Part shown: positions 1 through 9,445 of the stretch, piece by piece | Layout of the letters: each line of letters starts with the position of its first letter | Position numbering within the stretch: the first letter of the stretch is position 1 | From: Rhodoplanes serenus | Lineage (GTDB): Bacteria; Pseudomonadota; Alphaproteobacteria; Rhizobiales; Xanthobacteraceae | Reading direction: 5' to 3' | Assembly (NCBI GenBank): GCA_945897515.1 | Contig: CAMDFO010000016.1 | Location: 3,262-67,261, forward strand | DNA length: 64,000 nt | The notes under the pieces: model-generated | What the model was told of the DNA's origin: nothing | Seen by the model: the letters and a program-made list of their open reading frames with translations, nothing else | Database searches by the model: none | Program-made: the position numbers and the translations under genes

Positions 1-404
1 TTGACCAGCACGATGAGCTGGCCCATGCCGATCAGGCCCACCGGGGCGAAATCCTTGCGCGGGTCGTAGCCGACGTTGCTGTAGAGCGACGGATTGACCG
101 CGAGCGTCCCGGTGCCGCCCAGGACCAGCGTGTAACCATCCGGCGCGGCGCGCGCGACCTGGCGGGTGGCGATCGAGCCGCCGGCGCCGGCGCGGTTCTC
201 GACCACGACGTTCTGGCCGAGCGTCTTGCTCATCTTCTCCGCCACGGTGCGCGCCATCACATCGTTGCCGCCGCCGGCAGCGTAGGGCACGACCAGCGTG
301 ATCGACCGGGTGGGATAATCCTGCGCCGATGCGGTCGCGAGCGGAGCGAGTGTCGCCGCGGCCAGCGTGAGCGCAGACAGTGCAAGCTTCATTGCATTCC
401 TCAT
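1..404 (-). CDS. Bug/TctC family tripartite tricarboxylate transporter substrate-binding protein (partial; runs off the window start)
   Basis: Manual translation of the minus strand gives MRNAMKLALSALTLAAATLAPLATASAQDYPTRSITLVVPYAAGGGNDVMAR...VVVENRAGAGG...APDGYTL: signal peptide plus Bug motifs. Alternative start at 392. Confidence 0.9.
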   Translation of the reverse strand, partial: MRNAMKLALSALTLAAATLAPLATASAQDYPTRSITLVVPYAAGGGNDVMARTVAEKMSKTLGQNVVVENRAGAGGSIATRQVARAAPDGYTLVLGGTGTLAVNPSLYSNVGYDPRKDFAPVGLIGMGQLIVLV

Positions 405-420
405 CCTTGCCTCGTCATCA

Positions 421-1404
421 TTATTGCGGCTTGTGTCCCATCGACTTGATGATCGCAGACCATTTGATGTCCTCCTGGTCGAGGATCGCGGCGTGCTCTT
501 CCGGCGTGGTCGGCATGACGTCCGCGCCTTCCTGATTCAAACGCCGCTTGACCTCGTCGGTCGCGAGCGCCGCCCGCAACTCCTTGTTAAGCCGCTCGAC
601 GATCGGGCGTGGCGTGCCGGCCGGCGCAACGATGCCGTAGGTCAGCACCGCGTCGAAGCCGGGCAGGCCCGACTCCGCGATGGTCGGCAGGTCCGGGAAC
701 GTGCTGGAGCGCTTCAACGACGTGCCGGCCAGCGCCCGGATCAGCTTGCCTTCGAGCGCGCCGCGCGACACCGGTATCGGGTTGAAGCCGACCTTCACGT
801 GACCGCCGACCAGTTCGGTGATCAGCGGCTGCGAGCCTTTGTAGGGAATGTACTGCAGCTTTACGCCGGCCTGCTGGGCGAACAGCACCGCGGCGAGATG
901 GTTCACGGTGCTGACGCCGGGGGTGGCGACCTGGAACGGCTCTTTCGATGCCTTCATCAAACCGATCAGTTCACGCACGTCTTTGACGTTCATGCTGGGA
1001 TGCAGCAGCAACAAAGCCGGCGCGCCGCCGATCAGACCGATCGGCGCGAAATCCTTGCGCACGTCGTAGCCGACGTTGCTGAACATGTACGGGCCGGTCG
1101 CCATCGTCGATGTATAGGCGAGCAGCAGCGTGTAGCCGTCGGCCGGTCCCTTCGCCACCGCGCGGGTCGCGACCGTGCCGCTGCCGCCGGCGGGCCGGTT
1201 TTCGACCACCACCTGCTGGCCGAGCGAGGCGCTGAGCTTGTCCGCCACCGCGCGCGCCATCATGTCGTTGGTTCCGCCAGGAGGCAGCGGGATCACCAGC
1301 GTGATCGCGCGGTTGGGATAATCGCTCTGGCCGGCGGCAGGAACGATGCCGAGGACCAGCGCCAACGTTGCAAGACAGCTCCGGAACGATGGACGTGCGG
1401 ACAT
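421..1404 (-). CDS. Bug/TctC family substrate-binding protein
   Basis: YPNRAITLVIPLPPGGTND, VENRPAGG, ADGYTL, IPYKGS, PTIAESG motifs; start trimmed to MSARPS. Confidence 0.93.
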   Translation of the reverse strand: MSARPSFRSCLATLALVLGIVPAAGQSDYPNRAITLVIPLPPGGTNDMMARAVADKLSASLGQQVVVENRPAGGSGTVATRAVAKGPADGYTLLLAYTSTMATGPYMFSNVGYDVRKDFAPIGLIGGAPALLLLHPSMNVKDVRELIGLMKASKEPFQVATPGVSTVNHLAAVLFAQQAGVKLQYIPYKGSQPLITELVGGHVKVGFNPIPVSRGALEGKLIRALAGTSLKRSSTFPDLPTIAESGLPGFDAVLTYGIVAPAGTPRPIVERLNKELRAALATDEVKRRLNQEGADVMPTTPEEHAAILDQEDIKWSAIIKSMGHKPQ

Positions 1405-1523
1405 GGCTTTCAGCTCTCCCTGAAGCCCGGTTACTGTCGCGCATTCCACGTGATAGATAAATGCCTGTTTCTGCGCGAGCCTGCGCGACTAGCCGCGGCG
1501 GCGCGTTGGACGGGTAAGCCGCG

Positions 1524-1659
1524 GTCATTCCGGGGCGCGAGCAACGCGAGCGAGCCCGGAATCCAGGGCGACAGGCGTGGCTCTGGATTCCGGGCCCGGC
1601 ACGGAGCCTGTCATCGGGCCGCGCTCCGCGCGGACCCGGTGGCGCCATCCCGGAATGAC
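1524..1659. repeat. REP-type palindromic element (GTCATTCCGGG...CCCGGAATGAC subfamily) with a nested hairpin insert
   Basis: Termini GTCATTCCGGG / CCCGGAATGAC; inner CCCGGAATCCAG...CTGGATTCCGGG; extra segment of about 45 bp in the right arm. Confidence 0.85.
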
Positions 1660-1675
1660 GGAGAGAGTCGCGCCG

Positions 1676-2647
1676 CTAGATCTTTGGAATATTCGCTTCC
1701 TGGATCACATCGGACCAGCGCTTGGTGTCTTCCGCGATGAAGGCGCGGGCCTCGGCCACGTTGCCGCTGCCCGGCGTCAGCAGCAATTGCTTGAAGCGCG
1801 CCACCAGTTCCGGCTCCTTCAGCACCTCGTTGAGCGTGGCGTTCAACTTGTTGACGATCGGCGCAGGCGTTCCGGGCGGCGCCGAAATCGCGTTCCAGGT
1901 GTCCGAGATCAGGCCCTTGATACCAAGCTCCCCCATCGTGGGCAGATCGGCGAGCTCCGGAATGCGCTGCTCGGTGGTGACCGCCAGGATGCGCGCCTTC
2001 TTGCCTTCGTGCAGCTTGATGGCCGACTCAAGCTGCATGAAGATCATGTCGACATGCCCGGCGACGAGATCGTTCAAGGCCGGCCCGGTACCCTTGTAGG
2101 GGACGTGGACCAACTTGGTGCCGGTCAGCTTCTGAAACAGCTCGGCCGTGAGGTGCGACGTCGTCCCCGGGCCCTGCGAAGCGTAATTGATCTTCCCCGA
2201 ATTGGCCTTGATGTAAGTCATGAACTCTTGCGCGGTCTTGGCCGGGAAGTCGTTCTTGACCATCAGCACGTTCGGCGCCCGCGACATGATGCCGACGAAC
2301 TGGAATTTCGTCGGGTCGTAGTTCAGCGACTTGTAAAGCACCACGTTGGTGGTGATCGGCGACGGCTGCGACGCCATGAGCTGATAGCCGTCCGGCTCGG
2401 CCTTGTAGATCGCCTCGGCGGCCAGGCTTCCGCCGGCGCCGCCGCGATTCTCGATGACGATGGTCTGGCCGAGCTTGGCCGCCATCCTCTGCGTCACCAG
2501 CCGCGTCACGGTGTCGACGCCGCCTCCGGCCGGAACGGTGACGAGGATGCGGATCGTCTTGTTGGGGTAGTCGGCCGCGCTCTGGGCGGCGGCTTGCGAT
2601 GCCGCGAGCATCGTACCGGCGGCGATCAAGGCGAGAAATTTGGACAT
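1676..2647 (-). CDS. Bug/TctC family substrate-binding protein
   Basis: Signal peptide, YPNKTIRILVTVPAGGGVD, ENRGGAGG, PDGY, HVPYKGTG. Confidence 0.95.
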   Translation of the reverse strand: MSKFLALIAAGTMLAASQAAAQSAADYPNKTIRILVTVPAGGGVDTVTRLVTQRMAAKLGQTIVIENRGGAGGSLAAEAIYKAEPDGYQLMASQPSPITTNVVLYKSLNYDPTKFQFVGIMSRAPNVLMVKNDFPAKTAQEFMTYIKANSGKINYASQGPGTTSHLTAELFQKLTGTKLVHVPYKGTGPALNDLVAGHVDMIFMQLESAIKLHEGKKARILAVTTEQRIPELADLPTMGELGIKGLISDTWNAISAPPGTPAPIVNKLNATLNEVLKEPELVARFKQLLLTPGSGNVAEARAFIAEDTKRWSDVIQEANIPKI

Positions 2648-2772
2648 GGGACGATCCTCGAACTGATGGCTTGGAACAGCTAACCCCCGGGGCTTGATTG
2701 CCGGGCAGGAGCGAAAAAGTCAATTTGCTGCGGTGTCGCGCATGGCCACATAGCGTCCCGGTTGAGCCTCAG

Positions 2773-4449
2773 TCAGGCGCCGATGACTTGAGCCAACAAC
2801 CGGCTGGCATCGGGCGGTGGCGCGTCGCCGCGCCAGGCGACGTATTGATCCGGGCGCACCAGCACCAGATCGCGCCCATAGAGCTCGCGGGCATCGGCCT
2901 GCGGCACATCAAGGACTTGCAGCGGCACGCCGCGCTCGCGGGCCGCGTGCTCGATCGCGCTGCTGTCAGGCGGCTTGGCGCCGAGCCGCAACAGCGTGAA
3001 GCCGAAGCCCATGCGGTCGAACAGCGAACTGCCGTATCCGCGCCCGGCGTCAAGCCAGAAATGTGGGGCGCGTCCGCCCGGAACGCCGGACGGCGTGTAG
3101 TTCACAGTGTCATCCGCGGGCGGCGTGCCGTCCGCAAAGATCAGCGGTGATCCGTCATAACGCGCCCCAAGCTGCACTCCGAGGGAGGCGAACTCTTCGC
3201 CGAGCGTCGCGATGAATTCGCGAAACCGGCGCCGCGCGGCTTCACCCTCGGCAGAATCCTGCTCGATTTCGGAAGCGACCGGCGCGGTGGCAAGATGCTT
3301 GTTGAGCTCGCGGCCCGCGGTGGTGTTACGTTCGGCAACCGGACGGCGCTCCTGCTCGTAGGATTGCAACAGGTGCGGGCCGCCCCAGCCTTGGACAATC
3401 GCAGCTAGTTTCCAGCTCAGGTTGGAGGCGTCGTCCATGCCGGTGTTCATGCCGAAACCTCCGGTCGGCGTGAACAGATGCGCAGCATCGCCGGCCAGGA
3501 TGACGCGGCCGGCGATGAAGCGTTCGGCGACGAGCGCGACGCCCGCGGTCCACGGACGTTGGTCCAGCATTTCCATTGGCACCTCGGCGCCAATGGCGCG
3601 GCGGATCAGCGCCGTGATTGCTGCGTCGTCGGGCGGAGCGTCGCTGTCGTCGCGGGCCTTGGAGAAAATCAGAAACTCCTCGTCGCCGGCCAGCGAGATG
3701 ATGGTGGCGCGGACTTCGGGATTCACCACCCAGTATTGCCAGCCGTGCCGGTGGGCGAGAAAATCGCGGTACAACGTCGGCGCACGCATGTGGGTCGCGA
3801 CCATGCGGCCGCCGTAGTGCGGCGCATCGAGCTTGGCGAATCCGTGATAGCGCAGCGCCAGCGAGCGGCGCACGAAGCTGCGGCCGCCGTCGCAACCGAC
3901 CAGATATTGTGCGCGCCAAATCTCATGGCGCGCTTCGTTCGCGCCTGCAGCCGACTCGGCTTCGATCGTGACGCCGTCGGCGTCGTCCTCGAATTTCTCA
4001 ACCTGCCAGCCGAAGCGGATCGTGATGTTGGCGCTCCTGCGCGCCTGTTCGAGCAGGAATTGTTCGACGTACATCTGGTTGGCGCGCAGGATCGGCTCGG
4101 GCACCTGGTCGGTCGCGGCCGAGTTGGCGACGGCGCGCTGCTTCTCGGCTTCCGACGGCATGCGAAGTCGCGCCAGCTCCGCGCCGTTGAGGCGCGTCAG
4201 GTAGGCGACGTCGGTCGGGCGGTCCGGCGGAAGTCCGAGCGCGCGGATTTGTGCGGAGAAGCCGAGCCGCCGATGGTGCTCCATCGTGCGTGAGTTGTGC
4301 GAGCTGCCCTTGGGGTGCGGGCGAATCTCGGGCTCGGTGTTGAACAGCACCGAGCGCACGCCGTAGCGGTCGAGGAACAACGCCAGCAGCAGGCCGACCG
4401 GGCCGCCGCCGACGATGGCGACGGGAATGGTGTTCGCGTCACGCGGCAT
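2773..4449 (-). CDS. FAD-dependent monooxygenase (PheA/TfdB-like aromatic hydroxylase with C-terminal thioredoxin-like domain)
   Basis: GGGPVG, GCDGGRS, LAGDAAH...PTGGFGMNTG, C-terminal PGGRAPH and LVRPDQYVAWR. Confidence 0.92.
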   Translation of the reverse strand: MPRDANTIPVAIVGGGPVGLLLALFLDRYGVRSVLFNTEPEIRPHPKGSSHNSRTMEHHRRLGFSAQIRALGLPPDRPTDVAYLTRLNGAELARLRMPSEAEKQRAVANSAATDQVPEPILRANQMYVEQFLLEQARRSANITIRFGWQVEKFEDDADGVTIEAESAAGANEARHEIWRAQYLVGCDGGRSFVRRSLALRYHGFAKLDAPHYGGRMVATHMRAPTLYRDFLAHRHGWQYWVVNPEVRATIISLAGDEEFLIFSKARDDSDAPPDDAAITALIRRAIGAEVPMEMLDQRPWTAGVALVAERFIAGRVILAGDAAHLFTPTGGFGMNTGMDDASNLSWKLAAIVQGWGGPHLLQSYEQERRPVAERNTTAGRELNKHLATAPVASEIEQDSAEGEAARRRFREFIATLGEEFASLGVQLGARYDGSPLIFADGTPPADDTVNYTPSGVPGGRAPHFWLDAGRGYGSSLFDRMGFGFTLLRLGAKPPDSSAIEHAARERGVPLQVLDVPQADARELYGRDLVLVRPDQYVAWRGDAPPPDASRLLAQVIGA

Positions 4450-4482
4450 GCGGGGACTGTATCCGAACCGGCGCGCGCGTGT

Positions 4483-5832
4483 TCAAAGCTGTTTGGGGTT
4501 TCCCTTGAGGATCTCGTAACGCCAGGTTTTGTTGTCGCTGTCAATGAAGAGCGCGACGTTGTCCTGAACCTGCACGCGGTAGCACTCCTCGTCGTCCTTC
4601 GGAAACTTGAAGCAGACGCGCTCGCCACGCACGGTCCAGCGTCCCGTGGAGCGCTCGTCGTCGGTCCTGGATTTCACCGATCCGTCGGGCAGGTAGTGCT
4701 CGGTCAGCAGGCCGTCGTCATTTTTCCCGGTGATGGTGTTGCCGAGGAGTGCATTCCAGGCCGCCAGGCCGGTCAGCCGCGGGGCCGGTTGGGGGATTGT
4801 GGGAGTCGCGGCGGTGCGTGCGGGCGGGGTCGGCGGCGCGGTCAGCTTGAACGAGTTGAAGAACCGCTGCGTGTCCGGACTGGTCTCGATGCCGGCCGGA
4901 CCGACGACCACTTGCTGATAAAGCTGGCGGCCGACCGCCGTGATGCGGAGTTTCTTGATCGGGGTGTCGGGGCATTTGTCGAAGATCAGATCCATGACCA
5001 GCCCGTCCGGAATCGATGTGCGCCGGTCGTCGCGCAACTCGCACTTGTCCTTGATCGCCGCAATCATGCCGGTGGCAAATGCCTCGTCCGAAAGGTTGCC
5101 TCGCGCTGGATTGTGGTAGCGGGTCGCAGCGGCAAGCCATACGGCATTTCCGGCCGCGACGGCGTATTGACGGCTACTAACCATGGTCTGCGCATTGTGG
5201 TTGGCCGGAACAGGTTGCGCGGCGCCGGGAAATTCGATCGAGAATCCGTCGTCCGCCGAGGTGAAGGTCTGCCACTCCAACGGTTTCGCCGGGGCGGCGA
5301 CCGGCGCGGGCGGTGGCGCCATCTCGGTCAGCTTGAAGGAATCGAGGACCCGCTGCGCCTCCGCAGTCTTTTCGAATCCGGCAGGGCCGACGGCGATCAC
5401 GTTATAGATACGGTGGCCGATTGTGTAGGACCGCAGCCGGACCGCGGCGCCTTCCGGGCATTTCTCGAACGTGAACTCGGAGCCGACGCCGCCGGGAACC
5501 GAAAGCCATCGCTCGTTGTGGACCTGGCAGTCTTTCTTGAACTGGTCCGCCATGATCTGCATGGCCTGCGCACCGGTCGCGGTGAAATCCGCCGCCGGAT
5601 TGCGGATGATCGCCATCACCATGTAGCCGCCGTTGGCCCTCGACTTCAGCTCGTAGTTTCGCTCCAGCAGGAGGTTGGACTTCGGCGGATCGTCCTTCAT
5701 GGTGGCCGTGCCTGGAAGTTCCACGGACAGGCCGTCCTGCACGCTGCCGTAGGTTTTCCATTCTTGAGCAGCGGAGGAACCAGCGAATGTTGCAACGGCC
5801 AGCAGCGCCAGGACCGAAATCCGTACACGCAT
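4483..5832 (-). CDS. Secreted hypothetical protein with two tandem ~145-aa domains (PsbP/DcrB-like?) and a small C-terminal beta domain
   Basis: Signal peptide MRVRISVLALLAVATFAGSSAA-Q; internal duplication EWKTY..DGLSVELPG...VGPAG...SFKLT versus EWQTF..DGFSIEFPG...VGPAG...SFKLT; Pro/Ala linkers. Confidence 0.8.
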   Translation of the reverse strand: MRVRISVLALLAVATFAGSSAAQEWKTYGSVQDGLSVELPGTATMKDDPPKSNLLLERNYELKSRANGGYMVMAIIRNPAADFTATGAQAMQIMADQFKKDCQVHNERWLSVPGGVGSEFTFEKCPEGAAVRLRSYTIGHRIYNVIAVGPAGFEKTAEAQRVLDSFKLTEMAPPPAPVAAPAKPLEWQTFTSADDGFSIEFPGAAQPVPANHNAQTMVSSRQYAVAAGNAVWLAAATRYHNPARGNLSDEAFATGMIAAIKDKCELRDDRRTSIPDGLVMDLIFDKCPDTPIKKLRITAVGRQLYQQVVVGPAGIETSPDTQRFFNSFKLTAPPTPPARTAATPTIPQPAPRLTGLAAWNALLGNTITGKNDDGLLTEHYLPDGSVKSRTDDERSTGRWTVRGERVCFKFPKDDEECYRVQVQDNVALFIDSDNKTWRYEILKGNPKQL

Positions 5833-5901
5833 GGAATGCCCCCTTCGACGATTTGCATTAGTAGGATGCAAACGCGGGCGCAAATCAAGCGGCGCTACAG
5901 A

Positions 5902-8322
5902 TCAGGACAGCGCTCGGAGATAGCGGATCGGGCGACCGGGGGCGATGGCTTGCGCGGCCGCGACGATCGCGTTGGCGTCGATGCCGTAGTGCCGGTAGAG
6001 GTCGGGGATCGAGCCGGTCTGACCGAAGTGCTCGACGCCAAGCCCGCGCACGCGGTGGCCGTACACCGAACCGAGCCAGGCGAGCGTCGCCGGATGACCG
6101 TCGAGCACGGTGACGATCCCGCAATTCGCCGGAACGTTGTCGAGCAGCCGCTCGATATGCGAGCGCGCGTGGACCAGACCTCGCTCGCGCGCGCGTTGCG
6201 CCGCAGTCCAGCCGGCGTTGAGCCGGTCCGCCGACGTCACGGCGAGAAGCCCGACGTCGCGGCGATCCTCGGCCATCAGCCCGACGGCTTGGATCGCCTC
6301 GGGCGCGACCGCGCCGGCGTAGGCGACGATCACCTGGCAGTTCGGGCCGGGCTCGCGCAGCCAGTACGCGCCGTCGACGATGCCCTGGCGCAGCTCCGGG
6401 GTCATCGCGCGCTTGATCTGCTCGACCGGCCGCGTCGACAGCCGCAGATAGATCGAGCCGCCGGTCTCGTCGCGCAGCCAGTTGCGCTCGTCCGCCGCGC
6501 CGTCGCCGTCCTTCTGGATGTAGCCGAGCGCGAACCGGAGGATTTCCGAAAGCTCGTCGACGAAGGCCGGCTCGAATGACGCCAGCCCGTCCTGTGCCAT
6601 GCCGATCAGCGGCTGGGCGATCGACTGGTGCGCGCCGCCCTCGGGCGCGAGCGAAATGCCGGACGGCGTCGCCACCAGGATGAAGCGCGCCTCCTGGTAG
6701 CAGGCGTAGTTGAGTGCATCGAGACCGCGCGCGATGAATGGATCGTACAGCGTGCCGATCGGGATCAGCCGCTCGCCGTTGATCGAATGCGACAGTCCGA
6801 GCGCGGACAACAGGATGAACAAGTTCATCTCGGCGATGCCGAGCTCGATATGCTGGCCCTTCGGCGAGAACGACCAGTTGAAGGTCGACGGGATGCTCTC
6901 GCTCTTGAAGGTGTCGGCCATGGCCTCGCGCGCGAACAATCCTCGGCGGTTCACCCACGGGCCGAGGTTGGTCGAGACCGTGACGTCCGGTGAGGTGGTG
7001 ACGATGCGCTCGGCCAGCTCGGAGTTCTCGCGTGCGATCTCATTGAGCAACGCGCCGAATCCGAACTGGGTCGACATTTCCGGTTGGATCGTGACCTTGA
7101 GCTCGCCGGGCACCGCGATCTGCGGCGCCTGATGGCGTCGCGGACCGCCCGATGCGAACGGCACGCGGTCGAGAAACGATTGCAGATTTTCTGCTGGCGT
7201 CGCGAGGCCTTCGAATGCATCCCACTCGTGGCCCGCCCGGATGTTCATCGCGGCGCGATAGACCTCCATCTGCGCCGGTGTCATCAGGCCGGCGTGGTTG
7301 TCCTTGTGGCCGGCCATGGGCAGGCCGATGCCCTTAACCGTGTAGGCGATGAAGCAGGTCGGCCGGTCGTGGTCGATCCGGTCGAAGGCTTCGACGATCG
7401 ACGGCAGGTCATGGCCGCCGAGATTGTTCATCAGGCGCGCCAACGCGTCGTCGGACCGCGACTCGATCAGCTTCGTCACCGCGCCCTGGTCGCCGATCTC
7501 GTCGAGCAGCCGCTTGCGCCACGCCGCGCCGCCCTGGAACACCAGCGCGGAGTAGAGCGGGTTCGGACACTGGTCGATCCACTGCCTCAAGCGCTCGCCG
7601 CCGGGCTCGCGGAACGCCGCCTGCTGCAGCGAGCCGTATTTCAGGATCACGACGTCCCAGCCAAAATTCTTGAACAACTGCTCGTAACGCTCCCACAGTC
7701 CTTCGCGCACCACGGCGTCCAGGCTCTGGCGGTTGTAATCGACGACCCACCAGCAGTTTCGCAGGCCCTGCTTCCAGCCTTCGAGGATGGCCTCGAAGAT
7801 GTTGCCCTCATCCAGCTCGGCGTCGCCGACCAGGGAGATCATGCGGCCTTCGGGCCGGTCGGCGCCCCAGCCGTGCGCGCGCACGTAGTCCTGTACGATC
7901 GAGGAGAACAGCGTCTGCGCCACGCCCAGCCCGACAGAGCCGGTGGAGAAGTCGACGTCGTCTGTGTCCTTGGTGCGCGACGGATAGGACTGCGCGCCCT
8001 TGTAGCCGCGGAAGTTCTCCAGCTTCTCGCGGGTCTGCTTGCCGAGCAGATACTGGATGGCGTGGTAGTTCGGCGAGGCGTGCGGCTTGACCGCGACGCG
8101 GTCCTGCGGCCGCAGCGCGCGGAAATACAGCGCGGTCATGATGGTGGCGAGCGAAGCCGACGACGCCTGGTGGCCGCCGACCTTCATGCCGTCGACGCTT
8201 TCGCGCAGATGGTTGGCGTTGTGGATGGTCCAGCTCGCCAGCCACAGCACCTTGCGTTCGAGTTCGCCGAGGATGGCGAGGTCGGCGGGGGAGATGGTTG
8301 CGCTGGTGTCGTGCTTTGGCAT
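5902..8322 (-). CDS. Homodimeric-type 2-oxoacid dehydrogenase E1 / transketolase-like ThDP enzyme (AceE/MdeB-like)
   Basis: GGHQASSAS, HASP, SYP, STGSVGLG, GDAELDEG...DYNRQSLD ThDP motif, ELGIAE, PEGGAHQ; start trimmed to MPKHD. Confidence 0.88.
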   Translation of the reverse strand: MPKHDTSATISPADLAILGELERKVLWLASWTIHNANHLRESVDGMKVGGHQASSASLATIMTALYFRALRPQDRVAVKPHASPNYHAIQYLLGKQTREKLENFRGYKGAQSYPSRTKDTDDVDFSTGSVGLGVAQTLFSSIVQDYVRAHGWGADRPEGRMISLVGDAELDEGNIFEAILEGWKQGLRNCWWVVDYNRQSLDAVVREGLWERYEQLFKNFGWDVVILKYGSLQQAAFREPGGERLRQWIDQCPNPLYSALVFQGGAAWRKRLLDEIGDQGAVTKLIESRSDDALARLMNNLGGHDLPSIVEAFDRIDHDRPTCFIAYTVKGIGLPMAGHKDNHAGLMTPAQMEVYRAAMNIRAGHEWDAFEGLATPAENLQSFLDRVPFASGGPRRHQAPQIAVPGELKVTIQPEMSTQFGFGALLNEIARENSELAERIVTTSPDVTVSTNLGPWVNRRGLFAREAMADTFKSESIPSTFNWSFSPKGQHIELGIAEMNLFILLSALGLSHSINGERLIPIGTLYDPFIARGLDALNYACYQEARFILVATPSGISLAPEGGAHQSIAQPLIGMAQDGLASFEPAFVDELSEILRFALGYIQKDGDGAADERNWLRDETGGSIYLRLSTRPVEQIKRAMTPELRQGIVDGAYWLREPGPNCQVIVAYAGAVAPEAIQAVGLMAEDRRDVGLLAVTSADRLNAGWTAAQRARERGLVHARSHIERLLDNVPANCGIVTVLDGHPATLAWLGSVYGHRVRGLGVEHFGQTGSIPDLYRHYGIDANAIVAAAQAIAPGRPIRYLRALS

Positions 8323-8348
8323 GCGGTCGCGAATTCCGTTGTCAGAGC

Positions 8349-8753
8349 TCAAGCGTGGCTCTCGATCTTCGCGGTGTTGTCGAGATTCCCGATCCAGGGA
8401 GTTGCTGAGCGACACCATATCTGCAGCTTCGGCGGAAGCGCATCGCGCTGGCGCAGCGTCGCCACTCGGATTCCGTAGTACGTCGGGTTATCGACATGCG
8501 AGCCGTAAATCGGACTCCCGCACTCGCCACAGAACGCTTGGACAAGTCGATTCCCGCTGTCAGCCTGCTTGACGTATTTCTTTGGCTCTCCCGAAAGAAT
8601 ATTGAACGCGCTGATGGGGACCCGAACGACGATGCGAAAGGCAGAACCGGATAGGGACTGGCAATCGGTGCAGTGACAGATCAGGACCTTCTCGGGATCG
8701 ATCTCTGCTTCGAACCTGATACGGCCGCAGTGGCAACCTCCGTCTACCTTCAT
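8349..8753 (-). CDS. GFA (glutathione-dependent formaldehyde-activating enzyme-like) family zinc protein
   Basis: GGCHCGRIR, CHCTDCQ and FCGECGS zinc motifs; start trimmed to MKVDGG. Confidence 0.9.
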   Translation of the reverse strand: MKVDGGCHCGRIRFEAEIDPEKVLICHCTDCQSLSGSAFRIVVRVPISAFNILSGEPKKYVKQADSGNRLVQAFCGECGSPIYGSHVDNPTYYGIRVATLRQRDALPPKLQIWCRSATPWIGNLDNTAKIESHA

Positions 8754-8866
8754 TGCTCTGCTCCCGAATGGGCCGGGGCTCCTTCCCAGCCGGCTCCCAG
8801 CAAGCCCAGTATTCCCCTGAAGGTAGGGCGTTGCTTGCCAATTTCCATCATCTATTTGGCTTGGAT

Positions 8867-8881
8867 TAGCTAATTCTGCTA
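8867..8881. promoter_or_regulatory. Putative Lrp-family operator in the divergent promoter region
   Basis: TAGCTAATTCTGCTA matches the E. coli Lrp consensus YAGHAWATTWTDCTR at 13/15 positions, in an AT-rich gap next to an Lrp gene. Confidence 0.5.
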
Positions 8882-8906
8882 AGTTAGATGGCAATAGAGG
8901 TGGATT

Positions 8907-9377
8907 ATGCCAAAACGAGCCCTGGACGCAGTCGACCGCAAGATCCTCCAGCATTTGCAGGTTGACGGCCGCATGAGCTTGGCCGACCTCGCCGAGAAGG
9001 TCGGGCTATCGCCGTCGCCGTGCCTGCGGCGGGTGCGGATGCTGGAGCGTGACGGGGTGATCGCGCGCTATGTGGCGGTGCTCGACCAGCGCGCGGTGGG
9101 GCTGCCGGTCAGCGTATTCGTCTCGATCAAGCTGGAAAAGCAGCGCGAGGAATCGCTCAATCGCTTTGCCAAGGCGGTCGAGCGCTGGCCCGAGGTGCTG
9201 GAGTGCTACCTGATGACCGGCTCGCGCGACTACTGGCTGCGCGTGGTGGTGCCCGACCTCGACGCCTACGAACGCTTCGTGAAACAAAAGTTGACGCGGC
9301 TCGAAGGCATTGCATCGATCGAATCGAGTTTCGCGCTGGAGCAGGTGAAATACACCAACGTGCTGCCGGTGGCGTAG
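8907..9377 (+). CDS. Lrp/AsnC family transcriptional regulator
   Basis: LDAVDRKILQHLQVDGRMSLADLAEKVGLSPSPCLRRVRMLE HTH; ECYLMTGSRDY RAM domain. Confidence 0.96.
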   Translation: MPKRALDAVDRKILQHLQVDGRMSLADLAEKVGLSPSPCLRRVRMLERDGVIARYVAVLDQRAVGLPVSVFVSIKLEKQREESLNRFAKAVERWPEVLECYLMTGSRDYWLRVVVPDLDAYERFVKQKLTRLEGIASIESSFALEQVKYTNVLPVA

Positions 9378-9445
9378 CGGTTGATTTCGTGCATCGTGAT
9401 ATGCCGAAATGGCTGAAAGCAGACCGGCAGCGATAGGGCGCGACC

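Noticed and set aside
4297-6579. Long plus-strand ORFs such as 4297..6579, 367..1740, 13199..14905 and 50354..52285
   Set aside because: Antisense shadows of well-supported genes in high-GC DNA; Arg/Ala/Gly-rich with no motifs.
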